A stretch of DNA of 64,000 nucleotides from an uncultured Acidobacteriota bacterium (lineage in GTDB: Bacteria; Acidobacteriota; Thermoanaerobaculia; Multivoradales; DATKCC01): positions 2,625,447-2,689,446 of the forward strand of contig CAVUJU010000005.1 in assembly GCA_963741925.1 (NCBI GenBank). Direction: 5' to 3'. The translations under genes were made by a program, and so were the position numbers. This document shows, piece after piece, positions 20,804-30,024 of the stretch. Numbering within the stretch: position 1 is the first letter of the stretch; every line of letters starts with the position of its first letter. Under the pieces are notes generated by a model. The model did not search any database. It was not told the origin of the DNA and worked only from the letters and a program-made list of their open reading frames with translations.

Positions 20804-21304
20804 ATGCCAGAGACCGCTGAAGAGCTTCGCATGGAGATCAAGGGGCTGATGCTCGATCCCGCCTCGAACGTCCCCATCGTCATCCTCCGCGACGAGGAGA
20901 GCGACGTGTTCCTCCCGATCTGGATCGGGGTGTTCGAGGCGAACGCCATCGCCCTGCGCATCGAAGGCGTCGAGCCGCCCCGGCCGATGACCCACGATCT
21001 CCTCCTCTCGAGCCTCCAGAGCCTCGGCGCCGTCATCGAACGGATCGTGATCTCCGACCTCCGGGACAGCACCTTCTTCGCCATCATCCACCTGGACCGC
21101 CGGGGCGAGAAGCTCACCCTCGACTCCCGTCCGAGCGACGCCATCGCGCTCGCGCTGCGGGCCAACGCCCCGATCTTCGTGCTCCGCGCCGTCCTCGAGA
21201 AGGCCAAGGCGGTGGACGTCGACGCCGGCGCGTCGGACGAGGAGAAGATCCGCAAGATGCTCGAGGAGCTCGGTCCCGAGGACCTCGGCAAGTACACGAT
21301 GTAA
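20804..21304 (+). CDS. Bifunctional nuclease domain (DUF151) protein
   Basis: 166 aa. IVILRDEESDVFLPIWIGVFEANAIA...RPMTHDLL...DSRPSDAIALALR matches the BFN/DUF151 fold. Confidence 0.7.
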   Translation: MPETAEELRMEIKGLMLDPASNVPIVILRDEESDVFLPIWIGVFEANAIALRIEGVEPPRPMTHDLLLSSLQSLGAVIERIVISDLRDSTFFAIIHLDRRGEKLTLDSRPSDAIALALRANAPIFVLRAVLEKAKAVDVDAGASDEEKIRKMLEELGPEDLGKYTM

Positions 21305-21385
21305 GGTCGGCCCGGCGCTCTCGGGCGCCTCCTGCTGCAACTCCGCATCTCCACGCGCCGCCTGCGCTCCGCACTTTCCTAGCGA

Positions 21386-22153
21386 GGCTCCGCCTCAAAC
21401 CGACGAGGCGTCTGAAGCGTCTCCGGCGCCACGGGTCGCCGGTCCCCCGCCCACGCCGACCGATCACGGCTGCGCTCCTCGGAACGGCGACTCCAGACCG
21501 CCAGGTTCATCGGATGCCCCCCGCAACCCCTCGATCCCCTTCCCACCCCACGGGGGGGAAGGGGACGGTTGATCGGATGCCCCCCGCAACCCCTCGATCC
21601 CCTTCCCACCCCACGGGGGGGGAAGGGGACGGTTGATCGGATGCCCCCCGCAACCCCTCGATCCCCTTCCCACCCCACGGGGGGGGAAGGGGACGCCCCC
21701 ACCCTCTCGGTCTGTTGCTCGAGGAACTCGGCTCGTTCGTCACGATTCTGGCCTGATCAGACATCGAGTGAAGCTCCGCCTCAAACCGACGGGGCGTCTT
21801 GAGCGCCTTGGGCTTGCTGAGTCGCAGGTCCCCCGCCCACGCCGACCGTTCACGGCTGCGCTCCTCGGAACGGCGACTCCAGACCGCCAGGTTCATCGGA
21901 TGCCCCCCGCAACCCCTCGATCCCCTTCCCACCCCACGGGGGGGAAGGGGACGGTTGATCGGATGCCCCCCGCATCCCCTCGATCCTCTTCCCACCCCAC
22001 GGGGGGGAAGGGGACGGTTGATCGGATGCCCCCCGCATCCCCTCGATCCCCTTCCCACCCCACGGGGGGGGAAGGGGACGCCCCCTCCCCGTATCGCTGC
22101 GCCGAAAAACTTGGCTCGTTCGTCACGACTCTGGCCTGATCAGACATCGAGTG
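21386..22153 (+). repeat. Two tandem copies (21386-21771; 21772-22153) of a ~385-bp composite repeat element, each containing three tandem ~64-bp hairpin units (ggttgatcggatgccccccgcaacccctcgatccccttcccaccccacgggggggaaggggac)
   Basis: Read directly. 64-bp arrays at ~21503-21697 and ~21890-22085 have no unique spacers. Each unit holds the palindrome ccccttccc/gggaagggg. Flanking conserved arms are gcctcaaaccgacgrggcgtct... and ...ctcggctcgttcgtcacgaytctggcctgatcagacatcgagtga. ORFs here (PPQPLDPLPTPRGGKG...) are repeat-driven, not coding. Confidence 0.8.
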
Positions 22154-22226
22154 ACCCGTCAACCGTCAAGTGACAGGGTACCTGGCGAGAGGGCCCACCA
22201 GGAGACGTCACTTGACGGTTGACGGG
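22154..22226. repeat. Perfect 20-bp inverted repeat (cccgtcaaccgtcaagtgac ... gtcacttgacggttgacggg) with a 33-bp spacer, upstream of parA
   Basis: Read directly. The same element recurs at 30598-30751 with a nested insertion. The arms contain TTGAC motifs. Confidence 0.7.
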
Positions 22227-22368
22227 CCACTAGCTGCGCCTAACTCCCTCAATTCCAGATGGTTACGCATCATGTCGGCGCGCCGACATCGGCGCGCCGA
22301 CGAGGTTCGGCCGCCCCGCCTCGCGTCTTGACCTCCCGGGACCCATCCTGTAGATTCCGGGCCGTCCC

Positions 22369-23127
22369 ATGATCATCGCGATCACCAACCAGAAGGGCGG
22401 AGTGGGGAAGACGACCACCGCCATCAACCTCTCCGCGGCCCTCGCCAACAAGGGTCTCCGGACCCTGCTCATCGACCTCGATCCCCAGGCGAACAGCTCC
22501 ATGTCGTTCGTCGACGTCCACGCCCTGGGGCCGTCGATCTACGAGGTCCTCACCGAGACCGACCGATCGCTCCCGGAGATCCTCCAGCCGGTCGCCCACG
22601 TGCCGAACCTGGAGATCGCCCCGGCGAGCATCTCCCTGGCCAAGATCGAGGCCAAGCTCCTCGGAGAGATCGACAGCCACTTCCGCCTCAAGGACGAGCT
22701 CGTCTGCGTGCGCGATACCTACGACTACGTGGTCATCGACACGCCGCCGACCTTGGGCATCATCACGGTCAACGCGTTGGTCGCGGCGACCCACGTGCTG
22801 ATCCCGATCCAGTCGAGCTACTTCGCCCTCGAAGGCACCGACGACCTCCTCGAGACGATCGACAAGATCAAGCAGCGGGCGAACCCCGAGCTCCAGCTCC
22901 TGGGCGCCCTCATCACCCTGTACGACAAGCGCACCCTCCTGTCCCGCGACATCCAGGAGCAGATCTCCGGCGTCTTCGGCGGCAAGGTCTTCAAGACGCT
23001 GATCACCAAGAGCGTCCGGCTCGAAGAGAGCCCGGCCTACCGCGAGTCGATCTTCACCTTCGCCCCGACGTCGAGCGGCGCGGCAGAGTACTACCAGCTC
23101 TCCGAGGAGGTCCTCGGCCGTGTCTAG
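22369..23127 (+). CDS. parA: Chromosome partitioning ATPase ParA/Soj
   Basis: Deviant Walker A KGGVGKTTT. Full-length ParA similarity over 252 aa. Confidence 0.9.
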   Translation: MIIAITNQKGGVGKTTTAINLSAALANKGLRTLLIDLDPQANSSMSFVDVHALGPSIYEVLTETDRSLPEILQPVAHVPNLEIAPASISLAKIEAKLLGEIDSHFRLKDELVCVRDTYDYVVIDTPPTLGIITVNALVAATHVLIPIQSSYFALEGTDDLLETIDKIKQRANPELQLLGALITLYDKRTLLSRDIQEQISGVFGGKVFKTLITKSVRLEESPAYRESIFTFAPTSSGAAEYYQLSEEVLGRV

Positions 23128-23986
23128 CCCCAAGCGTGGCCTTCCGGTGCGAGTCAAGATGCGCCACGACAACCACTTCGTCGAGGAGCTCACGGCCCGC
23201 CACGAGGTGCCGGTCGGGCGCATGGTGCCCCTGGCCGCCATCGAGCCCGACCCGAACCAGCCGCGGACGATGATGGGCGATCTGGGCGAGCTGGTGGGGT
23301 CGATCCGCGAGCGCGGCGTCCTCGAGCCGATCCTCGTGCGCCGTCTCGACCCCGACACCGGGGCCGACGACGACGCGGGCAGCGAGGCCTTCCGGATCAT
23401 CTCGGGCGAGCGGCGCTGGCGGGCGGCACAACAAGCCGGCCTGTTCGAGGTGCCGGTCATCGAGATGGACGTGACCGAGCAAGAGGCGCTCGAGATCGCC
23501 CTGATCGAGAACCTCCAGCGCAAGGACCTGACGCCCTTCGAAGAGGCCGAAGGCTACAAGGCGCTCGCCGAGCGCCACGGCTACACCCACGAGGAGATCG
23601 CCGAGGCGGTGGGGAAGGCGCGCTCGGTGGTCACCGAGAGCCTGTCCCTCCTCCAGATGCCGCCCCGGGTACGCGACACGGTCCAGGCCCTCGGGCTGTC
23701 GTCGAAATCCCTGCTCCTGGAGGTCCTGAAGGCGGGCGAGGAAGACGAGATGATCCGCCTCCTCGAGGAAGTCTCCAGCCACGGCCTCAACCGCGACGAC
23801 CTCCGCCGCCGCCTCCGCAACCGGGACCGGGCGAGCACCCAGAGCGGCCGCCGCAAGCCCTACGCCTTCAAGTTCCGGGCGCCCGACAAGAGCTTCACGC
23901 TCAACCTCACCTTCCGCCAGAGCGAGGTGGAGAAGGACGATTTGATCCAGGCCCTGGAGCAGATCCTCTCCGAGCTCCGCGGGTAG
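23120..23986 (+). CDS. parB: Chromosome partitioning protein ParB/Spo0J
   Basis: ParB box GERRWRAAQQAGL and HTH region (GYTHEEIAEAVGKARSVVTESLSLL). Overlaps the parA stop. Confidence 0.9.
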   Translation: MSSPKRGLPVRVKMRHDNHFVEELTARHEVPVGRMVPLAAIEPDPNQPRTMMGDLGELVGSIRERGVLEPILVRRLDPDTGADDDAGSEAFRIISGERRWRAAQQAGLFEVPVIEMDVTEQEALEIALIENLQRKDLTPFEEAEGYKALAERHGYTHEEIAEAVGKARSVVTESLSLLQMPPRVRDTVQALGLSSKSLLLEVLKAGEEDEMIRLLEEVSSHGLNRDDLRRRLRNRDRASTQSGRRKPYAFKFRAPDKSFTLNLTFRQSEVEKDDLIQALEQILSELRG

Positions 23987-23987
23987 A

Positions 23988-24045
23988 CCGGATCCCCCCC
24001 GCGCGCATCCCCTCGTTTCCTTTCCCACTCCCAGGGGAAAGGCCT
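23988..24045. repeat. Hairpin repeat singleton (cctttcccactcccaggggaaagg) related to family A, immediately after parB
   Basis: Palindrome read directly. A variant of the ccccttccc...gggaagggg motif. Probably a terminator-like stem-loop. Confidence 0.5.
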
Positions 24046-24908
24046 GACCGCGATTCGACCGGGCGGCTGCCCGGCTGGGAGATCTGTCCCCCGAGTCACC
24101 ACGCCTCGTGAAGCGGCCGAGCTCCGTCTCGGCCGGACGAGCGTCCGGGAGGGCGTCGGCGGGACGATCGCACCGCAGCCAATATGGTGCACCGGCCTGC
24201 CATGCCGAGTCGCCATCGTCTGTCTCGATAGGCTTCTGCGACATATTCACCCACGGCATTTCCGCAGGCCATCCACAGGGCCCGAGCATGGGGAGAGCCG
24301 CGAGGCATGCGAGGTATGGGGTCTCGGGGCCGGGGCGCTCGGCTCGACGGTCGGTGCCTACGGAGGCGTTTGGCCGGCCGAGACGGAGCTCGGCCGACGG
24401 GGGTGTTGCCGGGAGGTCGTCCGGGCCTCCGCTGGTGGCTCGTTGCTTGCCGTGGGGTTCGCCCGGCCGAGGCGGAGCTCGGCCGCTTGTACGCCCGCGA
24501 GGGTGCATGGTCAGAGAGGTGCGAGTCCACTCCAGGCATACGCTCTCCGGCCTGTAATCGACTCTGACTGCGTCGCCGCGAGGCGGGGTGGGGAGTAGGA
24601 GGAGATGAGCGATCAGTCCGTAGGCAACGAACCCGATTCGGCCGGTAGGACTCGGCGAGCCTGCAAGCGAATGGCGAAGCCCGGACCCGGGAGAGCCGGG
24701 GTGCCCGTCGCGCTGAGGGGTAGCGTGCGAAAGCGTGGGCGGGGGGCCTACAGGTGGTTGGGGACGGAATGATCGCGACGGCCAGGCACCGTAAGCGGGG
24801 AGACCTGTCGTCCACGAGGAGAAGCAGGGCGGCAGGAGTCAGAGCTTCCATAGTAGCGAGGAAGCGCCGTAATGGGCGTGGAGCGAAGGGAAGCAGGAAG
24901 GTGGATGC

Positions 24909-26246
24909 GTGACGGCCAGGACGAGAGACGAGACCCCGGCGCGAGTGGGGCGAGCCCCTAACCCCGGCGGAGAGGTCCGGTCCCGATGGGGCTGGGCCGA
25001 ACCCTCGGTCTGGACGGAGCGCATGCTGCGGGCCCTGGAGACCGGGGTCCGAGGAGGGACGTGGTTCAGCCTGATCGACAAGGTCTGCCGGAAGCAGACG
25101 CTTCTGCGCGCGTTCGAGAGAGTCGAGCGCAACGGGGGCGCCGCGGGGGTAGATCACGTCACCGTGGATCACTACGGATCGCGCCTGGAGGAAGAGGTGG
25201 AGACGCTGTCGGCGTCCTTGCGGGACGGTAGCTACCGCCCGCAGGCGGTGCGTCGGCGGTGGATCCCCAAGCCGGGAAGCCGCGAGAAGCGGCCCCTGGG
25301 GATTCCGACGGTGCGCGATCGGGTGGTGCAGGGCGCGTTGCGCTTGGTCCTGGAGCCGATCTTCGAGCGGGATTTCGCCGAGCACAGCTACGGCTTCCGC
25401 CCGGGGCGCGGGTGCCGGGAAGCGCTGGAGCGGGTCGAGGAGCTCCTCGACTCGGGCCACACCTGGGTGGTGGACGCCGACCTGCGCCGGTACTTCGACA
25501 CGATCGATCCGGAGCGCCTGCTGGCGCGGGTGCGCGAGAAGGTATCGGACGGGCGAGTGCTCGCCCTGGTCGAGTCCTTTCTCGAGCAAGAGGTACTGGA
25601 CGGACTGGAGAGCTGGACGCCCGAGCGGGGAACCCCGCAAGGCGCGGTGATCAGCCCCCTACTGGCCAACATCTACCTCGACCCGCTGGACCATCTTCTG
25701 GCCCGCGAGGGCTTCGAGATGGTGCGCTACGCCGACGACTTCGTGATCCTGTGTCGGAGCGAGACCGAGGCCCGCCGGGCGCTTGCCCTGGTGGAGGCGT
25801 GGACGGCCCAGGAGGGCCTGAGCCTTCACCCGGACAAGACGGCGGTGGTGGATACCACCGAGCGGGGTGGCTTCGACTTCCTGGGGTACCACTTCGAACG
25901 GGGCTACCAATGGCCCCGCGACAAGAGCCTCCGGAAGCTCAAGGACACCCTGCGCCGCAAGACCCGGCGCACCAACGGTCACAGCCTCGATCGGATCACC
26001 TGGGACGTCAGCCGGACGTTGCGTGGTTGGTACGAGTACTACCGCTACAGCCACCCGACGACCTTCCGGCCGCTCGACCGGTGGATCCGCATGCGCCTGC
26101 GCAGCATCTTACGCAAGCGTCGCCGAGGCCGAGGCCGGGGCCGCGGTCGCGACCACCAGCGCTGGCCCAACGCCTTCTTCGCCGAGCATGGGCTGTTCAG
26201 CCTCGAAACCGCCTATGCCTCGGACCCGCAGTCCTCTCGTAGGTGA
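24909..26246 (+). CDS. Group II intron-encoded reverse transcriptase/maturase (no endonuclease domain)
   Basis: 445 aa. RT blocks include RIPKPGSREKRPLGIPTVRDRVVQ, FRPGRG and the YADD motif (MVRYADDFVILC). The X/thumb domain is followed by an Arg-rich tail. No HNH motif. Confidence 0.9.
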   Translation: MTARTRDETPARVGRAPNPGGEVRSRWGWAEPSVWTERMLRALETGVRGGTWFSLIDKVCRKQTLLRAFERVERNGGAAGVDHVTVDHYGSRLEEEVETLSASLRDGSYRPQAVRRRWIPKPGSREKRPLGIPTVRDRVVQGALRLVLEPIFERDFAEHSYGFRPGRGCREALERVEELLDSGHTWVVDADLRRYFDTIDPERLLARVREKVSDGRVLALVESFLEQEVLDGLESWTPERGTPQGAVISPLLANIYLDPLDHLLAREGFEMVRYADDFVILCRSETEARRALALVEAWTAQEGLSLHPDKTAVVDTTERGGFDFLGYHFERGYQWPRDKSLRKLKDTLRRKTRRTNGHSLDRITWDVSRTLRGWYEYYRYSHPTTFRPLDRWIRMRLRSILRKRRRGRGRGRGRDHQRWPNAFFAEHGLFSLETAYASDPQSSRR

Positions 26247-26257
26247 ACCACCAACCG

Positions 26258-26336
26258 GAGAGCCGGATGCGGGAGATCCGCACGTCCGGTTCGGAGGGAG
26301 GGGGGGCAGGGAATCCAACCTGCCCTCCCTACCCCT
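26258..26336 (+). ncRNA. Group II intron catalytic domains V and VI
   Basis: Sequence folds as described above. Located just after the IEP stop. Confidence 0.7.
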
Positions 26337-26549
26337 ATCATGGGTTCGAGGGGTTGGGCGACGGGGGGCGAGGATCTGGGCGGCGCCGGGCACGACCTCC
26401 GCCGAAGTGGGGATTACATGATGTCAAGTTCGCCGCGTGGCAGGGCACGGCCTTCGCGGGGGCCGAGCCGTCTCCGGCGACCGGAACTTGACATAATGTA
26501 TCTTATCGGACGTTATATCGGCGCGCCGGGTCGCGCCGCACGCCGCGCC

Positions 26550-26984
26550 TCACCCGCCGCCGTCCTCGGCCCGCCACTCGCCGGCCAGGTCCTCGTCCTC
26601 TTCCACCCGTAACCGGACCAGCTCGACGCCCGGCGGCAGCCAGCCCGCGAGCCGCGCGTGGATCCACTGCACCAGGTTCTCACTCGACGGGATCGACCCG
26701 CCGGCGCCGAACTCCGGAACCACCTCGTTCATGTGCTGATGGTCGAGGACGTCGACCACGTGGCGGCTCACCAGGCCGTCGAGCTCCGCCAGGTCGACGA
26801 CGAAGCCGGTATCCGGATCGGGCTCGCCCGCCACGGTCACGAAGAGCCGGTAGTTGTGGCCGTGCCCGGGCAGGTTCGCGCACTTGCCGAACCGGGCTCG
26901 GTTCTCCTCTTCCGACCACTCGGGCCGGCGGTACAGATGGCTGGCGCTGAAACGGTAGCGGCGTTCGAGGCGGAGTCTCATCGC
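26550..26984 (-). CDS. queD: 6-carboxy-5,6,7,8-tetrahydropterin synthase (PTPS family)
   Basis: MRLRLERRYRFSASHLY...CANLPGHGHNYRLFVTV... with the PTPS Cys/His Zn-site motifs. The ORF-track start at 27089 is probably over-extended. Confidence 0.8.
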   Translation of the reverse strand, partial: AMRLRLERRYRFSASHLYRRPEWSEEENRARFGKCANLPGHGHNYRLFVTVAGEPDPDTGFVVDLAELDGLVSRHVVDVLDHQHMNEVVPEFGAGGSIPSSENLVQWIHARLAGWLPPGVELVRLRVEEDEDLAGEWRAEDGGG

Positions 26985-27129
26985 GCTCGTCTCCCTGGCT
27001 TGGCGGTCGGGCTCGGTTCGGACTTGGTTCGGACTTGGTAGGGGGCCGGAGGGAATCGGCCGAAGGAGCCCGGTCTGCTGGTGGCCCACCGAGCTTCGAG
27101 GCCGCGGCGGCCGCTATAATCTCAGCCCC

Positions 27130-29505
27130 GTGCGGCTCCTCGACCGCTATCTCCTGAGCGAGATCTCCGGCCCCCTCGGGCTGGGGTTCCTAGTCTATAC
27201 GTTCATCCTTCTGCTTCAGGCGTTGTTCAAGTCGGCGGAGATGATCATCCGCCGCGGGCTGCCGGTCGCGACCGTCGGCAAGCTGCTCCTGCTCTCCCTG
27301 CCGAACATCGTGGTGTTGACCATCCCGATGTCGCTCCTCTTTGGCGTGCTCATCGCCATCGGCCGCCTGGCCTCGGACAGCGAGCTCGTGGCCATGCGCG
27401 CCACGGGCATCAGCCTGCTGAGCCTCTACCGGCCGATCCTCCTCCTCTCGGCGCTGCTCACCGCGGTCAACACGCTGCTCATGGTCTACGTGCTGCCCTG
27501 GGGCAACCACCAGCTCCAGCTCGAGCGGCTCGAGATCCTGACCCAGAGCATCTCGACCCAGATCGAGCCGCGGGTCTTCTGGGACGAGTGGCAGGATCAG
27601 CTGCTCTACGTGTTCGAGGTCCCGGGCCCGGGCCAGCCCTGGAAGGGCGTGTTTCTCGCCGAGTCGGTCCCCTCGACCCAGGACAACCAGGTGACCGTCG
27701 CCGAGCGCGGGCAGGTCCGGGTCGACGAGAACGGCGAGCGGGTCGTGCTCGAGCTGGGCGATGCCCGGGTGCACCGGGTCGACCTCTCGAAGCCGGACCG
27801 CTACGACATCTCCCGGCACAGCAGCCTCGAGGTGGTGCTCGAAGACCAGTTCGCCAGCGAGCAGCGGGCCAGGATCAGCGCGTCGAAAGGGGTCCGCGAG
27901 CTCGGCCTGGGCGAGCTTCGCCAGTGGATCGCCGACCGAAGCCGGTCGCGCGAGATCCGCCGCCTCGCCCGCGTGGAGATCCACAAGAAGTTCGCGATCC
28001 CGTTCGCCTGCCTGGTGTTCGGGATCTTCGCCCTGCCCCTGGGGTTCAACAACCGGCGCGGCAGCAAGGCCTCGGGCTTCGCCCTGTCCATCCTGGTGAT
28101 CGTCGGCTACTGGGTGCTCCTCGACTCGGGCGAGAAATGGGCCCAGGCCGGCGGCATCCCCCCCTGGCTCGCCATGTGGTTCCCGAACCTGTTCGGGGCC
28201 TCCCTCGGCCTCTTCCTCCTCGGCCGGCGCAACCGGGACAAGAGCCTTCTCCTGACCAAGATCGACCGCTGGGTGCGCCGCGACCTCTGGGCGCGGGTCC
28301 AGTTCCTCCAGCGCCGGCGGCGGCAGCGGCGGGCCGACCGGCGGGCGCGGATGCGCGACCGGCTCCAGCCCCGGAAGGCCCACGTCGTCATCCGGCTCCC
28401 CCGCTTCCAGGTCCTGTTCCCGAACATCATGGACCGCTACGTCCTGCGGGTCTTCTCGGGGGTCTTCTTCCTGGTCCTGCTCTCGGGGGTCTCGCTCTAC
28501 GTCCTCGCCGACCTCACCGGCAAGGCGGACGAGATCTTCAAGAACCGGGTGAGCCACTCGGTGGTGCTCGCCTACTACGGCTACTCGTCGCTCCAGATCT
28601 TCTACGAGATCGCACCGGTGCTCGTGCTGGTGACCACGCTCATCACTTTCAGCCTGCTCTCGAAGTCCAACGAGGTCACGGCGTTGAAGGCCCTCGGCGT
28701 GAGCCTCTACCGGCTGGCCGTCCCGGCCATGGTGGCGGCGCTCGGGATCACCCTCTTCGCGGTCTTCCTCCAGTCGGAGGTCCTGCCCGCCTCGAACCAG
28801 CGCGTCGCCCAGCTCGACGACCAGATCCACGGCCGCGAGACCGCCCGGACCTACCGGCGCGCGGACCGGCAGTGGCTTTTCGGGCACGACCACTACATCT
28901 ACAACTACCTCCACTACGACCCCGCGACCAAGAGCCTGCAGCGGCTCCAGGTCTTCGAGTTCGACGCCCGGCACCAGCTCACCCGGCGCCTGGTGGCCGA
29001 CCGGGCGGTGTACGACGGCAACGGGTGGTGGCGCTTCGAGAACGGCTGGTTCCGGCGCTTCGACGGCGTCGAGGTGACCGAGTACGAGCGCTTCCCCGGG
29101 GAGGTCCTGGCCCAGTTCCCGGAAAAGCCCGACTACTTCGACTCGGAGGTCCGGCCCCCCGAACAGATGGGCTACGTCGAGCTCCGGCGGTATATCCAGG
29201 AGCTCGAGGGGAGCGGCCAGGCGGTGCCCGAGCTCCGGGTGGAGCTGCAGAACAAGGTCGCCTACCCCACCATCTCCCTGGTCATGGCCCTGGTCGCCCT
29301 GCCCTTCGCCTTCCGTCTCGGCCGGCAGGGCGCTCTCTACGGGGTGGGCCTGTCGCTGGTGCTGGGAATGATCTTCCTGGCGGTCTTCGCCTTCTTCAAG
29401 ACCATGGGCGAGGCCGGCCTGCTGCCTCCGGCGGTCGCCGTGTGGAGCCCGAACCTGGTGGCCGCGATGGTCTCGGCGTACCTGTTCCTGGGCGTGCGCA
29501 CCTGA
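27130..29505 (+). CDS. Fused LptF/LptG (YjgP/YjgQ family) lipopolysaccharide export permease
   Basis: 791 aa with two successive YjgP/YjgQ-type modules. Each has 6 TM segments and a periplasmic beta-jellyroll. They are joined by an Arg-rich linker (RRRRQRRADRRARMRDR). Confidence 0.8.
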   Translation: MRLLDRYLLSEISGPLGLGFLVYTFILLLQALFKSAEMIIRRGLPVATVGKLLLLSLPNIVVLTIPMSLLFGVLIAIGRLASDSELVAMRATGISLLSLYRPILLLSALLTAVNTLLMVYVLPWGNHQLQLERLEILTQSISTQIEPRVFWDEWQDQLLYVFEVPGPGQPWKGVFLAESVPSTQDNQVTVAERGQVRVDENGERVVLELGDARVHRVDLSKPDRYDISRHSSLEVVLEDQFASEQRARISASKGVRELGLGELRQWIADRSRSREIRRLARVEIHKKFAIPFACLVFGIFALPLGFNNRRGSKASGFALSILVIVGYWVLLDSGEKWAQAGGIPPWLAMWFPNLFGASLGLFLLGRRNRDKSLLLTKIDRWVRRDLWARVQFLQRRRRQRRADRRARMRDRLQPRKAHVVIRLPRFQVLFPNIMDRYVLRVFSGVFFLVLLSGVSLYVLADLTGKADEIFKNRVSHSVVLAYYGYSSLQIFYEIAPVLVLVTTLITFSLLSKSNEVTALKALGVSLYRLAVPAMVAALGITLFAVFLQSEVLPASNQRVAQLDDQIHGRETARTYRRADRQWLFGHDHYIYNYLHYDPATKSLQRLQVFEFDARHQLTRRLVADRAVYDGNGWWRFENGWFRRFDGVEVTEYERFPGEVLAQFPEKPDYFDSEVRPPEQMGYVELRRYIQELEGSGQAVPELRVELQNKVAYPTISLVMALVALPFAFRLGRQGALYGVGLSLVLGMIFLAVFAFFKTMGEAGLLPPAVAVWSPNLVAAMVSAYLFLGVRT

Positions 29506-30024
29506 GCGAGCTCGGCCGCAGCACGCAAATCGTGCACGCCGAACGGCGAAACTTGCAAGCGAAAGCTACCGGGCGGGGACGTCAAGCTCCCCCGCGAGGA
29601 CGGGAGGTGGAGCGAGGAACCGGTCTCTTCGGGGTGGAGCTTCGGGAGGATGTCAGGCTCGGGGAGACGCGCCGCGAAGGGCGGTCTCCCCGAGCTTCCG
29701 GTCCGTCAGGACGCGGAGGAGATTCGGAGTGGCACGCAGTGAAGGAAAGACATCGAGGGCCGTCCGGTACGGAGGTGCGTAGTCTCCGGCCGGGGCGAGA
29801 TCAATGCATTTCGGCAGGTTGGCGTCATGGCGGGAAGAAGTGTCAGTAGGGCTCCGAATCTCACTGACCGAGGTGTGCAGAAGGCGAAGCGCTTGACGCT
29901 TTGCTCAGATCGTTTCGAGATGTGTTCCTCGTAGCTCTGGACATCGCGGCGCGCGCTCCCTGTTCACCTGGAGAGTTAGATATGCAAGCATGAGGCCAAT
30001 CCCTCCGACGGCCTCCCCTTCCCC

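Larger units (their letters stand above)
24100..26342 (+). mobile_element. Bacterial group II intron (class C-like, En-minus IEP); 3' end well defined by domains V/VI, 5' end uncertain (most likely ~24493, directly after the third of three hairpins)
   Basis: RT/maturase ORF in domain IV. Canonical domain V at 26258-26292 (GAGCCGGAUGCGGG-AGAU-CCGCACGUCCGGUUC, with AGC triad and AC bulge). Domain VI hairpin with a bulged A at 26292-26336. Three near-identical hairpins (cggccgagNcggagctcggccg) at 24113-24136, 24372-24395 and 24466-24488. Confidence 0.75.

Noticed and set aside
21503-22085. Possible CRISPR array (tandem ~64-bp repeats with internal palindrome)
   Set aside because: Repeats abut each other with no unique spacers and the unit is 64 bp, beyond the 23-50-bp range of CRISPR direct repeats. 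The same unit occurs as dispersed singletons and within a larger conserved element. No cas genes nearby.
24096-25640. 514-aa minus-strand ORF over the group II intron
   Set aside because: Antisense to the intron RNA domains and the RT gene. Pro/Arg/Ser-rich with no domain.
26400-26545. Possible sigma-70 promoter (ttgaca ... ttatat) in the AT-richer stretch after the intron
   Set aside because: Spacing to a -10 hexamer is 19 nt rather than 16-18. It points into the 3' end of convergent queD, so a functional role is unsupported. May instead be part of the intron target site.
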